Source of the DNA: Alphaproteobacteria bacterium
GTDB lineage: Bacteria; Pseudomonadota; Alphaproteobacteria; UBA828
NCBI GenBank assembly: GCA_963422645.2
Contig: CAXXVO010000014.1
Span: forward strand, 64,001 to 128,000
Reading direction: 5' to 3'
Length of the DNA: 64,000 nt
Numbering within the stretch: the stretch's first letter is position 1; each line of letters opens with the position of its first letter. Below are positions 45,050-55,332 of this stretch, in pieces. The notes under the pieces are model-generated. The model searched no databases and was not told the origin of the DNA. It saw nothing but the letters and a program-made list of their open reading frames with translations. The translations under genes were made by a program, and so were the position numbers.

Positions 45050-45058
45050 CGGTGCCTC

Positions 45059-46366
45059 TTAGAACGCTTCGATCCGGATCATGCGCGGCGGCTCCAGCAC
45101 CGCATCGAGCCGGTCGATCGCGGCGAGCGCGCCCACCACCGCCGCCTCCTGCGCCTCGTGGGTGGTGAGCACCACGGGCACAAGCTCGCCGGGGTTCCGT
45201 CCGCGCTGCAGCATGGCCTCCACGGAGACCTGCTCGTCGCGCAGGCAGGCGGCGATGCCGGCAATCACGCCCGGCTTGTCCACCACCATCAGGCGAATGT
45301 AGTAGGCGCCGACGTGGTGGTCCATGGGCTTCGCCGCCGCCCGGGGCGTGCCTGCCGCTGCGGCGGGAAAGGCCGGCATGATCTGGCCGCGGGCGATGTC
45401 CACGAGGTCGGCGACCACGGCCGATGCGGTCGGCCCGGCCCCGGCGCCGGGGCCCTCGAAGAGCGCGCTGCCGATCCGGTCGCCCTCCGCCACCACGGCG
45501 TTGAACACACCGTCGACGCGGGCAATTGGCGCGGTCTCACGGATCATGCAGGAGTGCACGCGCTGGGTGATGCCATGCTCGCCGGCGCGGGCGATGCCCA
45601 AGAGCTTGACCCGGTAGCCGAGCTCGATGGCGAAGCCGATGTCGAGCGCGCTGACGTGGCGTATGCCCTCGACGTGCACGGCGCCGAAGTCGACCGGGCA
45701 GCCGAAGACGACGCTGGTAAGGATGGCGAGCTTGTGTGCGGCGTCGATGCCGTCGATGTCGGTGGAGGGATCGGCCTCCGCGTAGCCGAGCTCCTGCGCC
45801 TCCTGCAGCACGGACTCGAACTCCCGCGTCTGGCCGGCCCGCACCGACTCGTGCATCGCGGTCATGATGTAGTTGCAGGTGCCGTTCAGGATGCCGTAGA
45901 CGCCGCCGAATCGATTGCCGGCGAGGCCCTCGCGCAGCGCCTTGACGATCGGGATGCCACCGGCCACCGCGGCCTCGTAGCCAAGATGGCGCTCCGCTTG
46001 TCGGGCGGAGTCCGCGAGCGCGGCACCATGGTGGGCGAGCAGGGCCTTGTTGGCGGTCACCAGGTGCTTTTGGTTGGCAAGCGCGGTCTCGGAGAGTACC
46101 CGGGCCGCACCCTCGGCACCGCCGATCAGCTCGACCACGACATCGACGGCGGGGTGGGCCGCGAGCTCCCGGGCATCGTCCCGCCAGTCGAGCCCGTCGA
46201 GCGAGATCCCGCGATCCTTGCCCTTGTCGCGTGACGAGACCGCCACAACCTCGATCGGCCGGCCGGTCCGTTGCTTCAGCAGCGTGGCGTTGTCGCGAAG
46301 CAGCGCCAGCACGCCGCAGCCGACCGTACCCAGCCCGGCGATGCCGATTCGTAGCGGCTCAGGCAT
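45059..46366 (-). CDS. hom: Homoserine dehydrogenase
   Basis: AGLGTVG, VTANKA, EAAVAGGIP, NGTCNY, GYAEADP, GPGAG..PTASAV, C-terminal ACT domain. Confidence 0.97.
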   Translation of the reverse strand: MPEPLRIGIAGLGTVGCGVLALLRDNATLLKQRTGRPIEVVAVSSRDKGKDRGISLDGLDWRDDARELAAHPAVDVVVELIGGAEGAARVLSETALANQKHLVTANKALLAHHGAALADSARQAERHLGYEAAVAGGIPIVKALREGLAGNRFGGVYGILNGTCNYIMTAMHESVRAGQTREFESVLQEAQELGYAEADPSTDIDGIDAAHKLAILTSVVFGCPVDFGAVHVEGIRHVSALDIGFAIELGYRVKLLGIARAGEHGITQRVHSCMIRETAPIARVDGVFNAVVAEGDRIGSALFEGPGAGAGPTASAVVADLVDIARGQIMPAFPAAAAGTPRAAAKPMDHHVGAYYIRLMVVDKPGVIAGIAACLRDEQVSVEAMLQRGRNPGELVPVVLTTHEAQEAAVVGALAAIDRLDAVLEPPRMIRIEAF

Positions 46367-46593
46367 GTGTGCGTGCTGCTTTCTGTTCGTTTCGCAACGA
46401 GAGGGGAGGGCGGCCAGCTCGATCCTGGTCGCCCGGCACACCGTGAAAGCGACGGATCACGACGGGGTAAGGGTCTCGGCGAGCCGGTCGCGTGGTGGGC
46501 TGCGGGGCACGCCGCCGGCGGCCCGCATGCCCTTTTCACAAGCTAAGAAGGCGGCTGGCGCGATCATCCGCCGTTCACCGGAGCAGGCTCCGC

Positions 46594-47007
46594 CTACTCC
46601 TCCGCCGGCTGATACACGGCGCGCACCTGCATCATTGGCTCTTCCTCCTCCACGCGCGCGCGGAGTTCCTCAGCCGTGTGCTGCGCCTTCTCGCGATCCG
46701 CCACCAGGCCGGCCGTCAGCTCAATACGCTCTTCCTTGCTCGCGACAGCAGGCGCTTCGTTCGGCACCTCGCTGAGGGATCGGTAGGACTCGTCGCCGCC
46801 GGGAACGGCATCGCTGCCGAAGACCTCGTCGTCGTCCTCGACATGGCTGAACAGGTCGCCGACGTAGTCGGTCGTGTCCTCGATCGCCGAGCATCCGGTA
46901 ACCAGGAGGCCGAGAGCGATCGGCCCGATTGCGAGTAGCGCGAGCGGCCGCGTCCGCCGATGCTGGCGAGTCCGCGTTGTCGTCTGATGGCTCCGAGAAT
47001 CGTGCAT
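46594..47007 (-). CDS. Putative lipoprotein, hypothetical
   Basis: Basic N-terminus, hydrophobic stretch and lipobox LVTG-C; start uncertain (47007 or 47043). Confidence 0.55.
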   Translation of the reverse strand: MHDSRSHQTTTRTRQHRRTRPLALLAIGPIALGLLVTGCSAIEDTTDYVGDLFSHVEDDDEVFGSDAVPGGDESYRSLSEVPNEAPAVASKEERIELTAGLVADREKAQHTAEELRARVEEEEPMMQVRAVYQPAEE

Positions 47008-47161
47008 GGGGCATTCTCCTGGTTGGCTGGCGATGCCATGCAACCGCCAGCATTGAGGACCGTTCGACTCGCGAGTAGCATATACTCAATTCCGATCATT
47101 CGCATTGGCCGGTGGCCGACAGGTGCGCCCGCCAACACACTCCACACGGACTCGGCTCACG

Positions 47162-48952
47162 ATGCCTGACAACTCTCCCGCCGCAGACGCGACGGAACAC
47201 GACGCGGCCGACCATCTCGCCGCCATCACGGAACAAAGCCAGCGGATCGCAGCGCGCTTTTTCAGCGGGCAGGGCGCGACCGGCACCGGGGCGGCTTCCG
47301 ACCCCCTCAACCTGAGCGCCGCCTTGGGGGCGATGGCGCGGAGCCTGGCCAACGATCCGTCGCCGCTGATCGACGCTCAGATGAGGTGGTGGGACGGCTA
47401 TCTCAGGCTGTGGCAGCAAGGCGCGGAGCGCTTGCGAGGCGAAGAGCCTGAGCCGGTGGCCGCGCCCGAGCCCGACGACCGGCGTTTTCGCGATCCGGCC
47501 TGGACCGAGAGCTGGGTCTTCGATCATCTCAAGCAGTCATATCTGCTGACGGCTGCCTGCGTGCAGTCGACGGTGGGGAACCTGCGCGGCCTCGACGAGA
47601 GGGACGCCGCGAAGCTCGCCTTCTACACGCGCCAATTCGTCGATGCGCTGGCGCCGACCAATTTCCTCGCCACCAACCCCGCCGCACTGAAGGAGACCGC
47701 CGAGACCAAGGGCGAGAACTTGCTAAAGGGCCTGCGCAACGTGCTCGACGATCTGGAGCGTAATGACGGTCGCTTTGCGCCCCGAATGTCGGACGAGGAT
47801 CATTTCAGCCTGGGTGAGACCATCGCCACGACGCCCGGAAAGGTCGTCTTCCAGAACGAGCTCATGCAGCTGATCCAGTACGCCCCGAGCACCGAGACGG
47901 TGTTTCGCCGGCCGCTCCTCATCGTGCCGCCCTGGATCAACAAGTACTACGTGCTCGATCTGAGGCCGAAGAACTCGTTCGTCAGGTGGGCCGTATCGCA
48001 GGGCTATACGGTCTTCGTGATCTCGTGGGTCAACCCGGACGAGCGCCTCGCGAAGAAGACCTTCGAGGACTACATGGTGGAAGGCCCGTTGGCTGCGCTC
48101 GATGCGATCGAGCAGGCGACAGGCGAGCGCGATGTCACGGCGATCGGCTACTGTTTGGGCGGCACGCTGACGGCGGCGACGCAGGCGTACCTCGCGGCCA
48201 AGGACGACAAGCGGATCAGGAGCGCGACCTTCTTCGCCTCCCTCGTCGACTTCACCGAGCCCGGCGAACTCGGCGTCTTCATCGACGACGCCCAGCTCGA
48301 GTCGCTCGAGGCCATGATGGCGGAGCAGGGCTATCTCGAAGGCCGCCACATGGCGACGACCTTCAACATGCTGCGGGCCAACGACCTGATCTGGTCATTC
48401 GTGGTTAACAACTACCTGCTCGGCCGCGAGCCGCTGCCCTTCGACCTGCTCTTCTGGAATTCGGATTCGACCCGGATGCCGGCGGCGATGCACGGCTTCT
48501 ACCTGCGCAAGATGTATCAGGAGAACCTGCTCGCCCAGCCGGAGGGCCTGAGCCTCGCTGGCGTTCCCATCGACCTCCGTCGCGTCGACATCCCCACCTA
48601 TATCGTGGCGACGCGGGAAGACCACATCGCACCGTGGCAGTCCTGCTTCGCCGCGTGCGGGCTCTACCGGGGGCAGCGCCGCTTCGTCCTCGGCGCTTCC
48701 GGTCATATTGCCGGCATCATCAACCCGCCGGCGGCCGGCAAGTACGGCTACTGGACCGGACCGGTCGTGGAGTCGCAGGACGCCAACGCCTGGCTTGCCG
48801 CCGCCGAGCAACACGATGGCTCCTGGTGGAACGACTGGCACGCCTGGCAGCGCCGCCGCTCAGGCGGCAGGAAGGTACCGGCGCGGGTTCCGGGCGACGG
48901 CGGGCTTACTCCGATCGAGGACGCGCCGGGCGCCTACGTCCTGGCGGGGTAG
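47162..48952 (+). CDS. phaC: Class I poly(3-hydroxyalkanoate) synthase
   Basis: DRRF.DPAW, PTNF.ATNP, PPWINKYYVLDL, GYCLGG lipase box, EDHIAPW, SGHIAGIINPP, APGAYV. Confidence 0.97.
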   Translation: MPDNSPAADATEHDAADHLAAITEQSQRIAARFFSGQGATGTGAASDPLNLSAALGAMARSLANDPSPLIDAQMRWWDGYLRLWQQGAERLRGEEPEPVAAPEPDDRRFRDPAWTESWVFDHLKQSYLLTAACVQSTVGNLRGLDERDAAKLAFYTRQFVDALAPTNFLATNPAALKETAETKGENLLKGLRNVLDDLERNDGRFAPRMSDEDHFSLGETIATTPGKVVFQNELMQLIQYAPSTETVFRRPLLIVPPWINKYYVLDLRPKNSFVRWAVSQGYTVFVISWVNPDERLAKKTFEDYMVEGPLAALDAIEQATGERDVTAIGYCLGGTLTAATQAYLAAKDDKRIRSATFFASLVDFTEPGELGVFIDDAQLESLEAMMAEQGYLEGRHMATTFNMLRANDLIWSFVVNNYLLGREPLPFDLLFWNSDSTRMPAAMHGFYLRKMYQENLLAQPEGLSLAGVPIDLRRVDIPTYIVATREDHIAPWQSCFAACGLYRGQRRFVLGASGHIAGIINPPAAGKYGYWTGPVVESQDANAWLAAAEQHDGSWWNDWHAWQRRRSGGRKVPARVPGDGGLTPIEDAPGAYVLAG

Positions 48953-49499
48953 CCGCAGGCGCTCGCCGCGGCGGGCCCGAGGATGCCCGGTACTCGCCGG
49001 CGCGGTTCGCGTAGCGCCGGGCGATGGAGGTGATGGTCTCGCGCTCGGCGTTGCTCACCATGCGCACCGCCTTCGCGGGCCGTCCCATCCACATCTCGCC
49101 GCTCTTGACCCGCTTGCCCGGCGTCACCAGCGCGCCGGCGGCGACCCAGGCACCGGTCTCCACCACCGCAAAGTCCATCACCGTGGCGCCCATGCCGATC
49201 ATGCAGGCGTCCTCCAGAATGCAGGCGTGCAGCAGGCACATGTGACCCACCACGACGTCATCGCCGATGAACGTGGGGCCGTCTGCCGTAGCGGTGTGGA
49301 CGATGGTGCCGTCCTGGACGTTGCTGCGTGCGCCGATGCGGATGTAGTTCACGTCCCCGCGCAGGACGCAGTTGAACCAGATGCTCGATTGGTCCCCGAG
49401 CACGACATCGCCGATCACGTTGGTGCCGGCGGCGACGAAGGCGTTCGGCGCCACCTGTGGCCAGCGGTGGTGATAGGGGAGCAGCAGACCGGCTGACAT
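48906..49499 (-). CDS. Gamma carbonic anhydrase family protein
   Basis: IGDVVLG..SSIWFNCVLRGDVNYIRIG..SNVQDGTIVH, VGH..LLH hexapeptide repeats. Confidence 0.93.
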   Translation of the reverse strand: MSAGLLLPYHHRWPQVAPNAFVAAGTNVIGDVVLGDQSSIWFNCVLRGDVNYIRIGARSNVQDGTIVHTATADGPTFIGDDVVVGHMCLLHACILEDACMIGMGATVMDFAVVETGAWVAAGALVTPGKRVKSGEMWMGRPAKAVRMVSNAERETITSIARRYANRAGEYRASSGPPRRAPAATPPGRRRPARPRSE

Positions 49500-49513
49500 G
49501 GGCTCCCGACTCC

Positions 49514-50572
49514 CTAAGGGAAGAGCGGCGCCTGCTCGAGCCCGGTCGTCTCCGGCAGGGCGTGCATCAGGTTCATGTTCTGGATCGCCTGGCCGGAAGC
49601 GCCCTTGACCAGATTGTCGATAGCCGAGATCAGAATCGCGCGTCCCTCGATCCGGTCGTCGAAGACCCCGATGAGGCAGTGGTTGGAGCCCCGCACGTGC
49701 CGCGTCGCCGGCGCCGCGCCCGTCGGCAGCACGCGTACGAAGGGCTCGTCCGCGTAGCGCCGGGCGAGGGCCTCGCGCAGGGCATCGGCACCCGCACGGC
49801 TGCGCACGTAGATCGTCGCCAGGATGCCCCGGTTCATGGGTATGAGATGGGGCGTGAAATTGACCCGCACCGGCGCGCCGGCTGCGGCCGAGAGCCCCTG
49901 CTCGATCTCGGGCGCGTGGCGGTGGGCGGCGATGCCGTAGGCGTGCACGCCCTCGCCGACCTCGGCGAAGAGGCTTCCCTGTTTGGCTTCGCGCCCTGCG
50001 CCGGAGACTCCAGACTTGGCGTCAATGATGATGTCGTCGTTCTCGATCAGCCCGTCTTCGAGCAGCGGCGCCAGCGGCAGCTGCGCGGAGGTGGGGTAGC
50101 ACCCGGGGTTCGCCACCAGCCGGGCGCTGCGGACCTCATCGCGGGCGAGCTCCGTCAGCCCGTAAACCGCCTCGGCCTGAAGCGCCACGGCGCCGTGCGC
50201 CCGCCCGTACCATTCGGCATAGACCTCGGGGTCTTCGAGCCGGAAGTCTGCCGAAAGGTCCACCACCTTCAGATGGTCGGGGAGCGCGGCGATGACCTCC
50301 TGCGTGGTGCCGTGAGGCAGGCAGCAGAAGACCGCGTCGAGCGAATCCCAGGCGGCGTCCTCGATCTTGACGAGATCGGGAAAGCCCGCGCCGTGGAGAT
50401 GGGGAAAGACTGCGCCCAGGCTCTGGCCCGCGCGGCGTTCGGCGGTGAGCAAGCCGACCGAGAAGCCGTCGTGAAGCGTCAGCAGGCGCAGCAGCTCGCC
50501 GCCCGTATAGCCGCTCGCGCCCAGCACGCCGACGCGCGCGGTGTTGCCCGTACCGGAGGGGGAGGGGCTCAT
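49514..50572 (-). CDS. argC: N-acetyl-gamma-glutamyl-phosphate reductase
   Basis: GASGYTGGEL, DLSADFRL, ANPGCYPT, SGVSGAGR, HRHAPEI, DNLVKGASGQA. Confidence 0.97.
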   Translation of the reverse strand: MSPSPSGTGNTARVGVLGASGYTGGELLRLLTLHDGFSVGLLTAERRAGQSLGAVFPHLHGAGFPDLVKIEDAAWDSLDAVFCCLPHGTTQEVIAALPDHLKVVDLSADFRLEDPEVYAEWYGRAHGAVALQAEAVYGLTELARDEVRSARLVANPGCYPTSAQLPLAPLLEDGLIENDDIIIDAKSGVSGAGREAKQGSLFAEVGEGVHAYGIAAHRHAPEIEQGLSAAAGAPVRVNFTPHLIPMNRGILATIYVRSRAGADALREALARRYADEPFVRVLPTGAAPATRHVRGSNHCLIGVFDDRIEGRAILISAIDNLVKGASGQAIQNMNLMHALPETTGLEQAPLFP

Positions 50573-50645
50573 TGGAGGTCTGCCGTGATCGCTGGAGCCG
50601 GAGCGGGGGACGCACATCAGCGCAGCCGCGCCGGCGACGCCCGGG

Positions 50646-51128
50646 CTAGCGTTTGGAGAACTGGAAGCTGCGGCGGGCCTTGCGCTTGCCGTACTTCTTG
50701 CGCTCCACGACGCGGCTGTCGCGGGTGAGGAAGCCGCCGGACTTGAGCATCTTGCGCAGTTCCGGCTCGCGCGCCGCAAGCGCCCGGCTGATGCCGTGAC
50801 GAAGTGCCCCGGCCTGGCCCGAGAGGCCACCGCCCTTGACCGTGCAGATGACGTCGTACTGGGTGCGGCGCCCGACCAGCTCCGCCGGCTGATTGATGAT
50901 CATCTGGAGCGCCGGGCGGGCGAAGTAGTTCTCCACCGGGCGCTTGTTGACCGTGATCGTGCCGATACCGGGCCGCAGCCACACGCGCGCAACCGCATCC
51001 TTGCGCTTGCCGGTCGAGTAGGTGCGGCCGAGCCGGTCGATCTGCGGTTCCGGCTCGATGTCGGCGTCGGGCCGGGCGACCTCGCCGAGCTCGGCAAGGC
51101 TGGTCAGGGTCTTCGGCTCGTCAGCCAC
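50646..51128 (-). CDS. rpsI: 30S ribosomal protein S9
   Basis: [38 protein letters not shown]. Confidence 0.98.
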   Translation of the reverse strand: MADEPKTLTSLAELGEVARPDADIEPEPQIDRLGRTYSTGKRKDAVARVWLRPGIGTITVNKRPVENYFARPALQMIINQPAELVGRRTQYDVICTVKGGGLSGQAGALRHGISRALAAREPELRKMLKSGGFLTRDSRVVERKKYGKRKARRSFQFSKR

Positions 51129-51594
51129 GGAGCGTGCTCCTCGCGTTCTTCGGATTCATCGCGGCGATGTCGAGAGGCTCAGGCTGCTGCGCCTCGTGCG
51201 GATGGTCCGAGCCAGGATAGACCTTGAGGTTCGCCATCTGCTGGCGGCCCAAGGGGCCCTTGGGGATCATCCGCTGCACCGCCTTGATCACCACCTCCTC
51301 GGGCCGCTTGCTGCCGAGGATGCGGGCCGCCGTGCGGGTCTTGAGGCCGCCGGGATATCCGGTGTGGTGATGGTAGAGCTTGTCTTCCCGCTTGCGCCCG
51401 GTGAGCCGGACCTTCCCGGCATTGACGATGATGATGTTGTCGCCGCAATCCATGTGCGGGGTGTAGCTTGGCTTGTGCTTGCCGCGCAGACGGGTCGCGA
51501 CGATGCTGGCGAGCCGACCGAGGACGATGTCCTCGGCGTCTACCAGCATCCACTTCTTCTCAATCGTGGCAGGCGTTGCCGAGAAGGTTTTCAT
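51121..51594 (-). CDS. rplM: 50S ribosomal protein L13
   Basis: [37 protein letters not shown]; alternative GTG start at 51603. Confidence 0.98.
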   Translation of the reverse strand: MKTFSATPATIEKKWMLVDAEDIVLGRLASIVATRLRGKHKPSYTPHMDCGDNIIIVNAGKVRLTGRKREDKLYHHHTGYPGGLKTRTAARILGSKRPEEVVIKAVQRMIPKGPLGRQQMANLKVYPGSDHPHEAQQPEPLDIAAMNPKNARSTLRG

Positions 51595-51874
51595 TTCGCT
51601 CACGACGATGGGATATGACGTAACGGCGCACGGACCCGTTCGGCTCTCGCCAGCCAGCGCGCCGCCGGGAGTATGCCACAGGACGTCGCCCAGTCAACGG
51701 CAGCGTTGCGGGGCCTGGGGCGTTCGCCTCGTTGGCCGACTGCACCGCGCAGCCCCTCACTCTTGGGAGAGATCCCTGCCGAGCGGCCTTTACGACAGTG
51801 ACGGGCTCGGAGACCCTGGCTTCTAGCCCACGTCTCACTCTTGAATGCCCCGGCTGGGAGCGAAGAAAACGAAG

Positions 51875-51891
51875 TTGTATGCTAGTATCAA
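51875..51891. promoter_or_regulatory. Possible transcription-factor operator (imperfect palindrome) upstream of the SDR gene
   Basis: AT-rich TTGTATGCTAGTATCAA centred on CTAG, ~50 bp before ATG 51940. Confidence 0.25.
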
Positions 51892-51939
51892 TCACTTATC
51901 CAGCATCGTTGTTTGATGACGTCGAGTGGCGGGGGTGTG

Positions 51940-52680
51940 ATGTCGATCTTGATTTCAGGCGGAACCAAGGGCATCGGGCGGGCCATCGGTCTCGCCTTCG
52001 CCGAGCCCGGCGTCGACGTGTTTCTCAACTATCACGGCGATGACGATGCGGCGGACGAGGCCCGGACACTGGTCGACTCGAAGGGTGCGCGCTGTCATCT
52101 GATCAAGCAGGATGTCTCGACGCCGGGGGGCTGCCGGGCTGTGCTCGCCCAAGTGGCGGAGCGCGTCGACCGGCTCGACCAGCTCGTGCACTGCGCGGTC
52201 CGCGCCATTCCGAAGCCCGCGCTGGACTGCGACCCGGACGATTTCACCGCCGCGGTCAATCTCAACGGCACGGCGCTGCTCTATCTCGTGCAGGCGGCCG
52301 ATCCGCTGCTCCAGCGCGGCAGCACGGTGTTCTTTCTCACCAGCCGGGGCGGGCGCACCGTGGTCCCCAACTACGCCGCCATCGGCATCGCCAAGGCGCT
52401 GGCGGAATCTTTGGTGCGCTATCTCGCGAGCGAGCTTGCGCCGCGCGGCGTGCGAATCAACAGCGTCGCTCCCGGCGTGGTAGATACGGATGCGGTGCGG
52501 GCGTTGTTCGGCGACCAGGCGAGCGAGATCGTGAAGCACGCCGCCGAGACGAACCCGAGCGGACGCGGCGTGCGGGACGAGGACTACACCAGCGTGATCC
52601 GCTTCCTCGCGAGTCCGGAGGCCGCGTTCGTCCAGGGGCAAACGATTTTCGTCAACGGCGGCCACTACCTGGCGGCGTAG
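51940..52680 (+). CDS. SDR oxidoreductase, FabL/FabI-like enoyl reductase type
   Basis: SGGTKGIG, YAAIGIAK (Yx6K), LVRYLASEL.PRGVRINSVAPG, GQTIFVNGG. Confidence 0.9.
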   Translation: MSILISGGTKGIGRAIGLAFAEPGVDVFLNYHGDDDAADEARTLVDSKGARCHLIKQDVSTPGGCRAVLAQVAERVDRLDQLVHCAVRAIPKPALDCDPDDFTAAVNLNGTALLYLVQAADPLLQRGSTVFFLTSRGGRTVVPNYAAIGIAKALAESLVRYLASELAPRGVRINSVAPGVVDTDAVRALFGDQASEIVKHAAETNPSGRGVRDEDYTSVIRFLASPEAAFVQGQTIFVNGGHYLAA

Positions 52681-52689
52681 GCGGCGCCC

Positions 52690-53859
52690 TCAACCCAGCC
52701 GCTCGATCAGCGTCGCGTTGGCCATGCCGCCGCTCTCGCACATGGTCTGAAGGCCGAGGCGGCCGCCGCTCTCCTCCAGGCTCCCGATCAGGCTGGCCGT
52801 GAGCCGGCCACCCGATGCGCCGACGGGATGGCCGAAGGCGATGGCCCCGCCGTTGACGTTGACGCGGTCGAGGTCGGCACCCAGCGTCTCCGCCCAGGCC
52901 AGCACCACCGAGGCGAAGGCTTCGTTGACCTCGAAGCGGTCGATCTCGCCCAAGGTCCGGCCGCTTCGCGCCAGCAGCTTTTCCGTTGCCGGGATGATCC
53001 CCGTCAGCATGAGCAGGGGGTCGTCGCCCGAGACCGCGAAATGCGTGATCGCCGCACGCGGCGTCAGGCCCAGCCGCTGCACCGACTCCTCCGACGCGAT
53101 CAGCAGTGCCGAGGCGCCGTCGGAGACCTGGCTCGAATTCCCCGCCGTCACCACCCAGCCGATCTCGGGGAAGCGCTCGGCCTTGCCGGCATCCACGAAC
53201 GCGGGCTCCAGCGCGGCGAGCTTTTCCGCACTCGTATCGGGGCGGATGCCTTCGTCCGTCGAGGCCCCGTCGATGGGCAGGATGTCGCGCGCGAAGACGC
53301 CGCGCTCCTCGGCCGCCGCCGCGCGCCGGTGCGAGCGCAGCGCGTAGGCATCGAGGTCGGCGCGCGAGAGCCCCCAGCGGGCCGAGATCAGCTCGGCGGA
53401 AATGCCCTGGTGCACCAGACCGTCGGCGTAGCGCCGGCGCAGCATCGGCCCGAGATGGTCCTTGCCGCGCCGGTTGCTGCCCATCGGCACGCGGCTCATC
53501 ATCTCGACCCCGCAAGCGATGACGAGGTCGTAGGCCCCCGCCATCACGCCCTGCGCCCCAAAATCCATCGCCTGCTGCGCCGAGCCGCACTTGCGGTCGA
53601 TGGTGACGGCGGGAACGGTCTCGGGAAAGCCCGCCGCGAGCCAAGCCTGGCGGCCGATGTTGGCGGCCTGCTCGCCCGCCTGGATGACGCAGCCCGCGAT
53701 CACGTCGTCGACCGCGCCGGGATCGACGCCGGTGCGCGCGACCAGACCCTCGAGCGTCATCGCAAGCAGGTCGACCGGATGAACCGCGCTCAGCGCACCA
53801 TCCGCCCGCCCCTTGGCGAAGGGAGTGCGGACCACATCGATGATGAGGGCGCGGCGCAT
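52690..53859 (-). CDS. Thiolase (acetyl-CoA C-acyltransferase)
   Basis: RTPF, DRKCGSAQQA (Cys), NEAF, GHPVGASG, TMCESGG (Cys). Confidence 0.95.
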   Translation of the reverse strand: MRRALIIDVVRTPFAKGRADGALSAVHPVDLLAMTLEGLVARTGVDPGAVDDVIAGCVIQAGEQAANIGRQAWLAAGFPETVPAVTIDRKCGSAQQAMDFGAQGVMAGAYDLVIACGVEMMSRVPMGSNRRGKDHLGPMLRRRYADGLVHQGISAELISARWGLSRADLDAYALRSHRRAAAAEERGVFARDILPIDGASTDEGIRPDTSAEKLAALEPAFVDAGKAERFPEIGWVVTAGNSSQVSDGASALLIASEESVQRLGLTPRAAITHFAVSGDDPLLMLTGIIPATEKLLARSGRTLGEIDRFEVNEAFASVVLAWAETLGADLDRVNVNGGAIAFGHPVGASGGRLTASLIGSLEESGGRLGLQTMCESGGMANATLIERLG

Positions 53860-53860
53860 C

Positions 53861-55321
53861 CTAGCCGGCACGACGGAGCGAAACCGAGAGATTGGCGCTT
53901 TCCACCTCCACGTACTTCGAGGTGGAAAGCGCCATCAACTTGCGCACGTGTTCGAGCTCCGGCGTGGAGAGAATCGGGAAGTCGCGCTTCACCGGGCCCG
54001 CGGCCCGCATCCTCTCCAGGTCCGCCGCCGGGACCAGGGCGCGCAGGATCAGCTCGTCGTCATCGTCGGTGCCGTGGCGCTTGCGAAGCTCGGCCAAGGT
54101 GGGCTGCTCCGGCGGCTCGGCCAGCACCTCCTTGGCACGGGGCGCGGCCATGATCCGGTCCAACACGTCCGGATCGATGGGCGCTACCGGCTCGCCGTAG
54201 TGCCCGCCGGCATACTGGATCACCTCGTCCGGAATCACGGCGTAGCGCTCGCCGGTGACAATGTTGAGCACAGCTAGGGTGCCGACGAGCTGGGAGAAGG
54301 GCGTCGCCATGCCGGGGTAGCCCAGCTCGCGGCGCACGCGGCCGGTCTCCTCCAGCACGTCGTCCAGCCGGTCCGCCATCTCGTGCTGGACGAGCTGCGC
54401 CTTCAGCGTCCCCATCATGCCGCCCGGCACCTGGTGGTGCACGGAGAAGAGGTCGTATTCCTGCGGCACGCCCACGGGGAAGCCCGCCGCCGTGGCGACG
54501 CCCTCGAAGTGCTCCGCGATCTGCGGCAGGAGCGATCGATCGATATTGTGGGTATGGCCGAGATGCTCGACGTTCCGTGTCATCACCTCGACCGAGGGGA
54601 CGGAAGGGCCGTTCGCCATCGGCCCGCAGGCCGTGTGCAGGATACGGATGCCGAGCTCGATCGCCTCGACGTAGGCGCGGCCGGAGGCGCCCAGGAGGTT
54701 ATTCGAGTGGAACTCGATGGGCTTGCCGCGCGCGTTCGCCATGATGGCCGGCACCAGCGTGCGCATGCGGTCCGGCTCCAGCACGCCGCCCGTGTCGTAG
54801 AGCAGGAGCGTGTCGATATCCGGCGAGGCCGAGAGCCTGTCCGCTTTGTCGGCGTAGTAGTCGTCGGTGTGCACCGGGCTCAGCGTGAACATGATGGCGC
54901 CTGCCACCTCCGCGCCGAACTCCTTGGCCACCCTGGCGAGGCGGTGTGTCTTGTCGATGTTGAAGAGCACGTCGTAGATCCAAAAACTGCGGCAGCCGTG
55001 CACGCAGAGCTGCCGCATCCAGACGTCCATCAGCGCATCGGGCGTGACGCCGAAGGTGACGCTCGCATTGCTGCGCATGCCGCCCCGGATCGTGCTCTTG
55101 GGCATGGCGTCGACCAGGAGGTCGAGCCCCTCCCACGGATTCTCGCGGCATTGGCGGATCAGGACCTCGAAGAGGCTCGAGCCGGTGAGGTCCACCACCC
55201 GATAGCCGACCCGGTCGATCACCGGTGCAATGGGGAGCGCCATGCCGGCCTGCATGCGCATGCCCCACAGGCTCTGCTGTCCGTCCCGCATGGTCTCGTC
55301 GAGGAATTCGATGTGCGCCAT
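53861..55321 (-). CDS. Stand-alone carboxyltransferase subunit (PycB/OadA/transcarboxylase-5S-like TIM barrel, no biotin domain)
   Basis: DETMRDGQQSLW, ENPWE, TLSPVHTDDYY, HQVPGGM, ELGYP.MATPFSQLVG; metal HxH reads FHSNN and the usual KD-Lys position reads LYDTGG. Confidence 0.88.
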   Translation of the reverse strand: MAHIEFLDETMRDGQQSLWGMRMQAGMALPIAPVIDRVGYRVVDLTGSSLFEVLIRQCRENPWEGLDLLVDAMPKSTIRGGMRSNASVTFGVTPDALMDVWMRQLCVHGCRSFWIYDVLFNIDKTHRLARVAKEFGAEVAGAIMFTLSPVHTDDYYADKADRLSASPDIDTLLLYDTGGVLEPDRMRTLVPAIMANARGKPIEFHSNNLLGASGRAYVEAIELGIRILHTACGPMANGPSVPSVEVMTRNVEHLGHTHNIDRSLLPQIAEHFEGVATAAGFPVGVPQEYDLFSVHHQVPGGMMGTLKAQLVQHEMADRLDDVLEETGRVRRELGYPGMATPFSQLVGTLAVLNIVTGERYAVIPDEVIQYAGGHYGEPVAPIDPDVLDRIMAAPRAKEVLAEPPEQPTLAELRKRHGTDDDDELILRALVPAADLERMRAAGPVKRDFPILSTPELEHVRKLMALSTSKYVEVESANLSVSLRRAG

Positions 55322-55332
55322 CGTCGCTCCGC

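Noticed and set aside
47073-47087. GAGTA-N5-TACTC palindrome upstream of phaC
   Set aside because: Only 5-bp arms; could arise by chance and cannot be assigned to PhaR or another regulator
48906-48952. 47-bp convergent overlap of phaC and gamma-CA
   Set aside because: Probably stop-codon drift in GC-rich DNA; the extended tail is low-complexity
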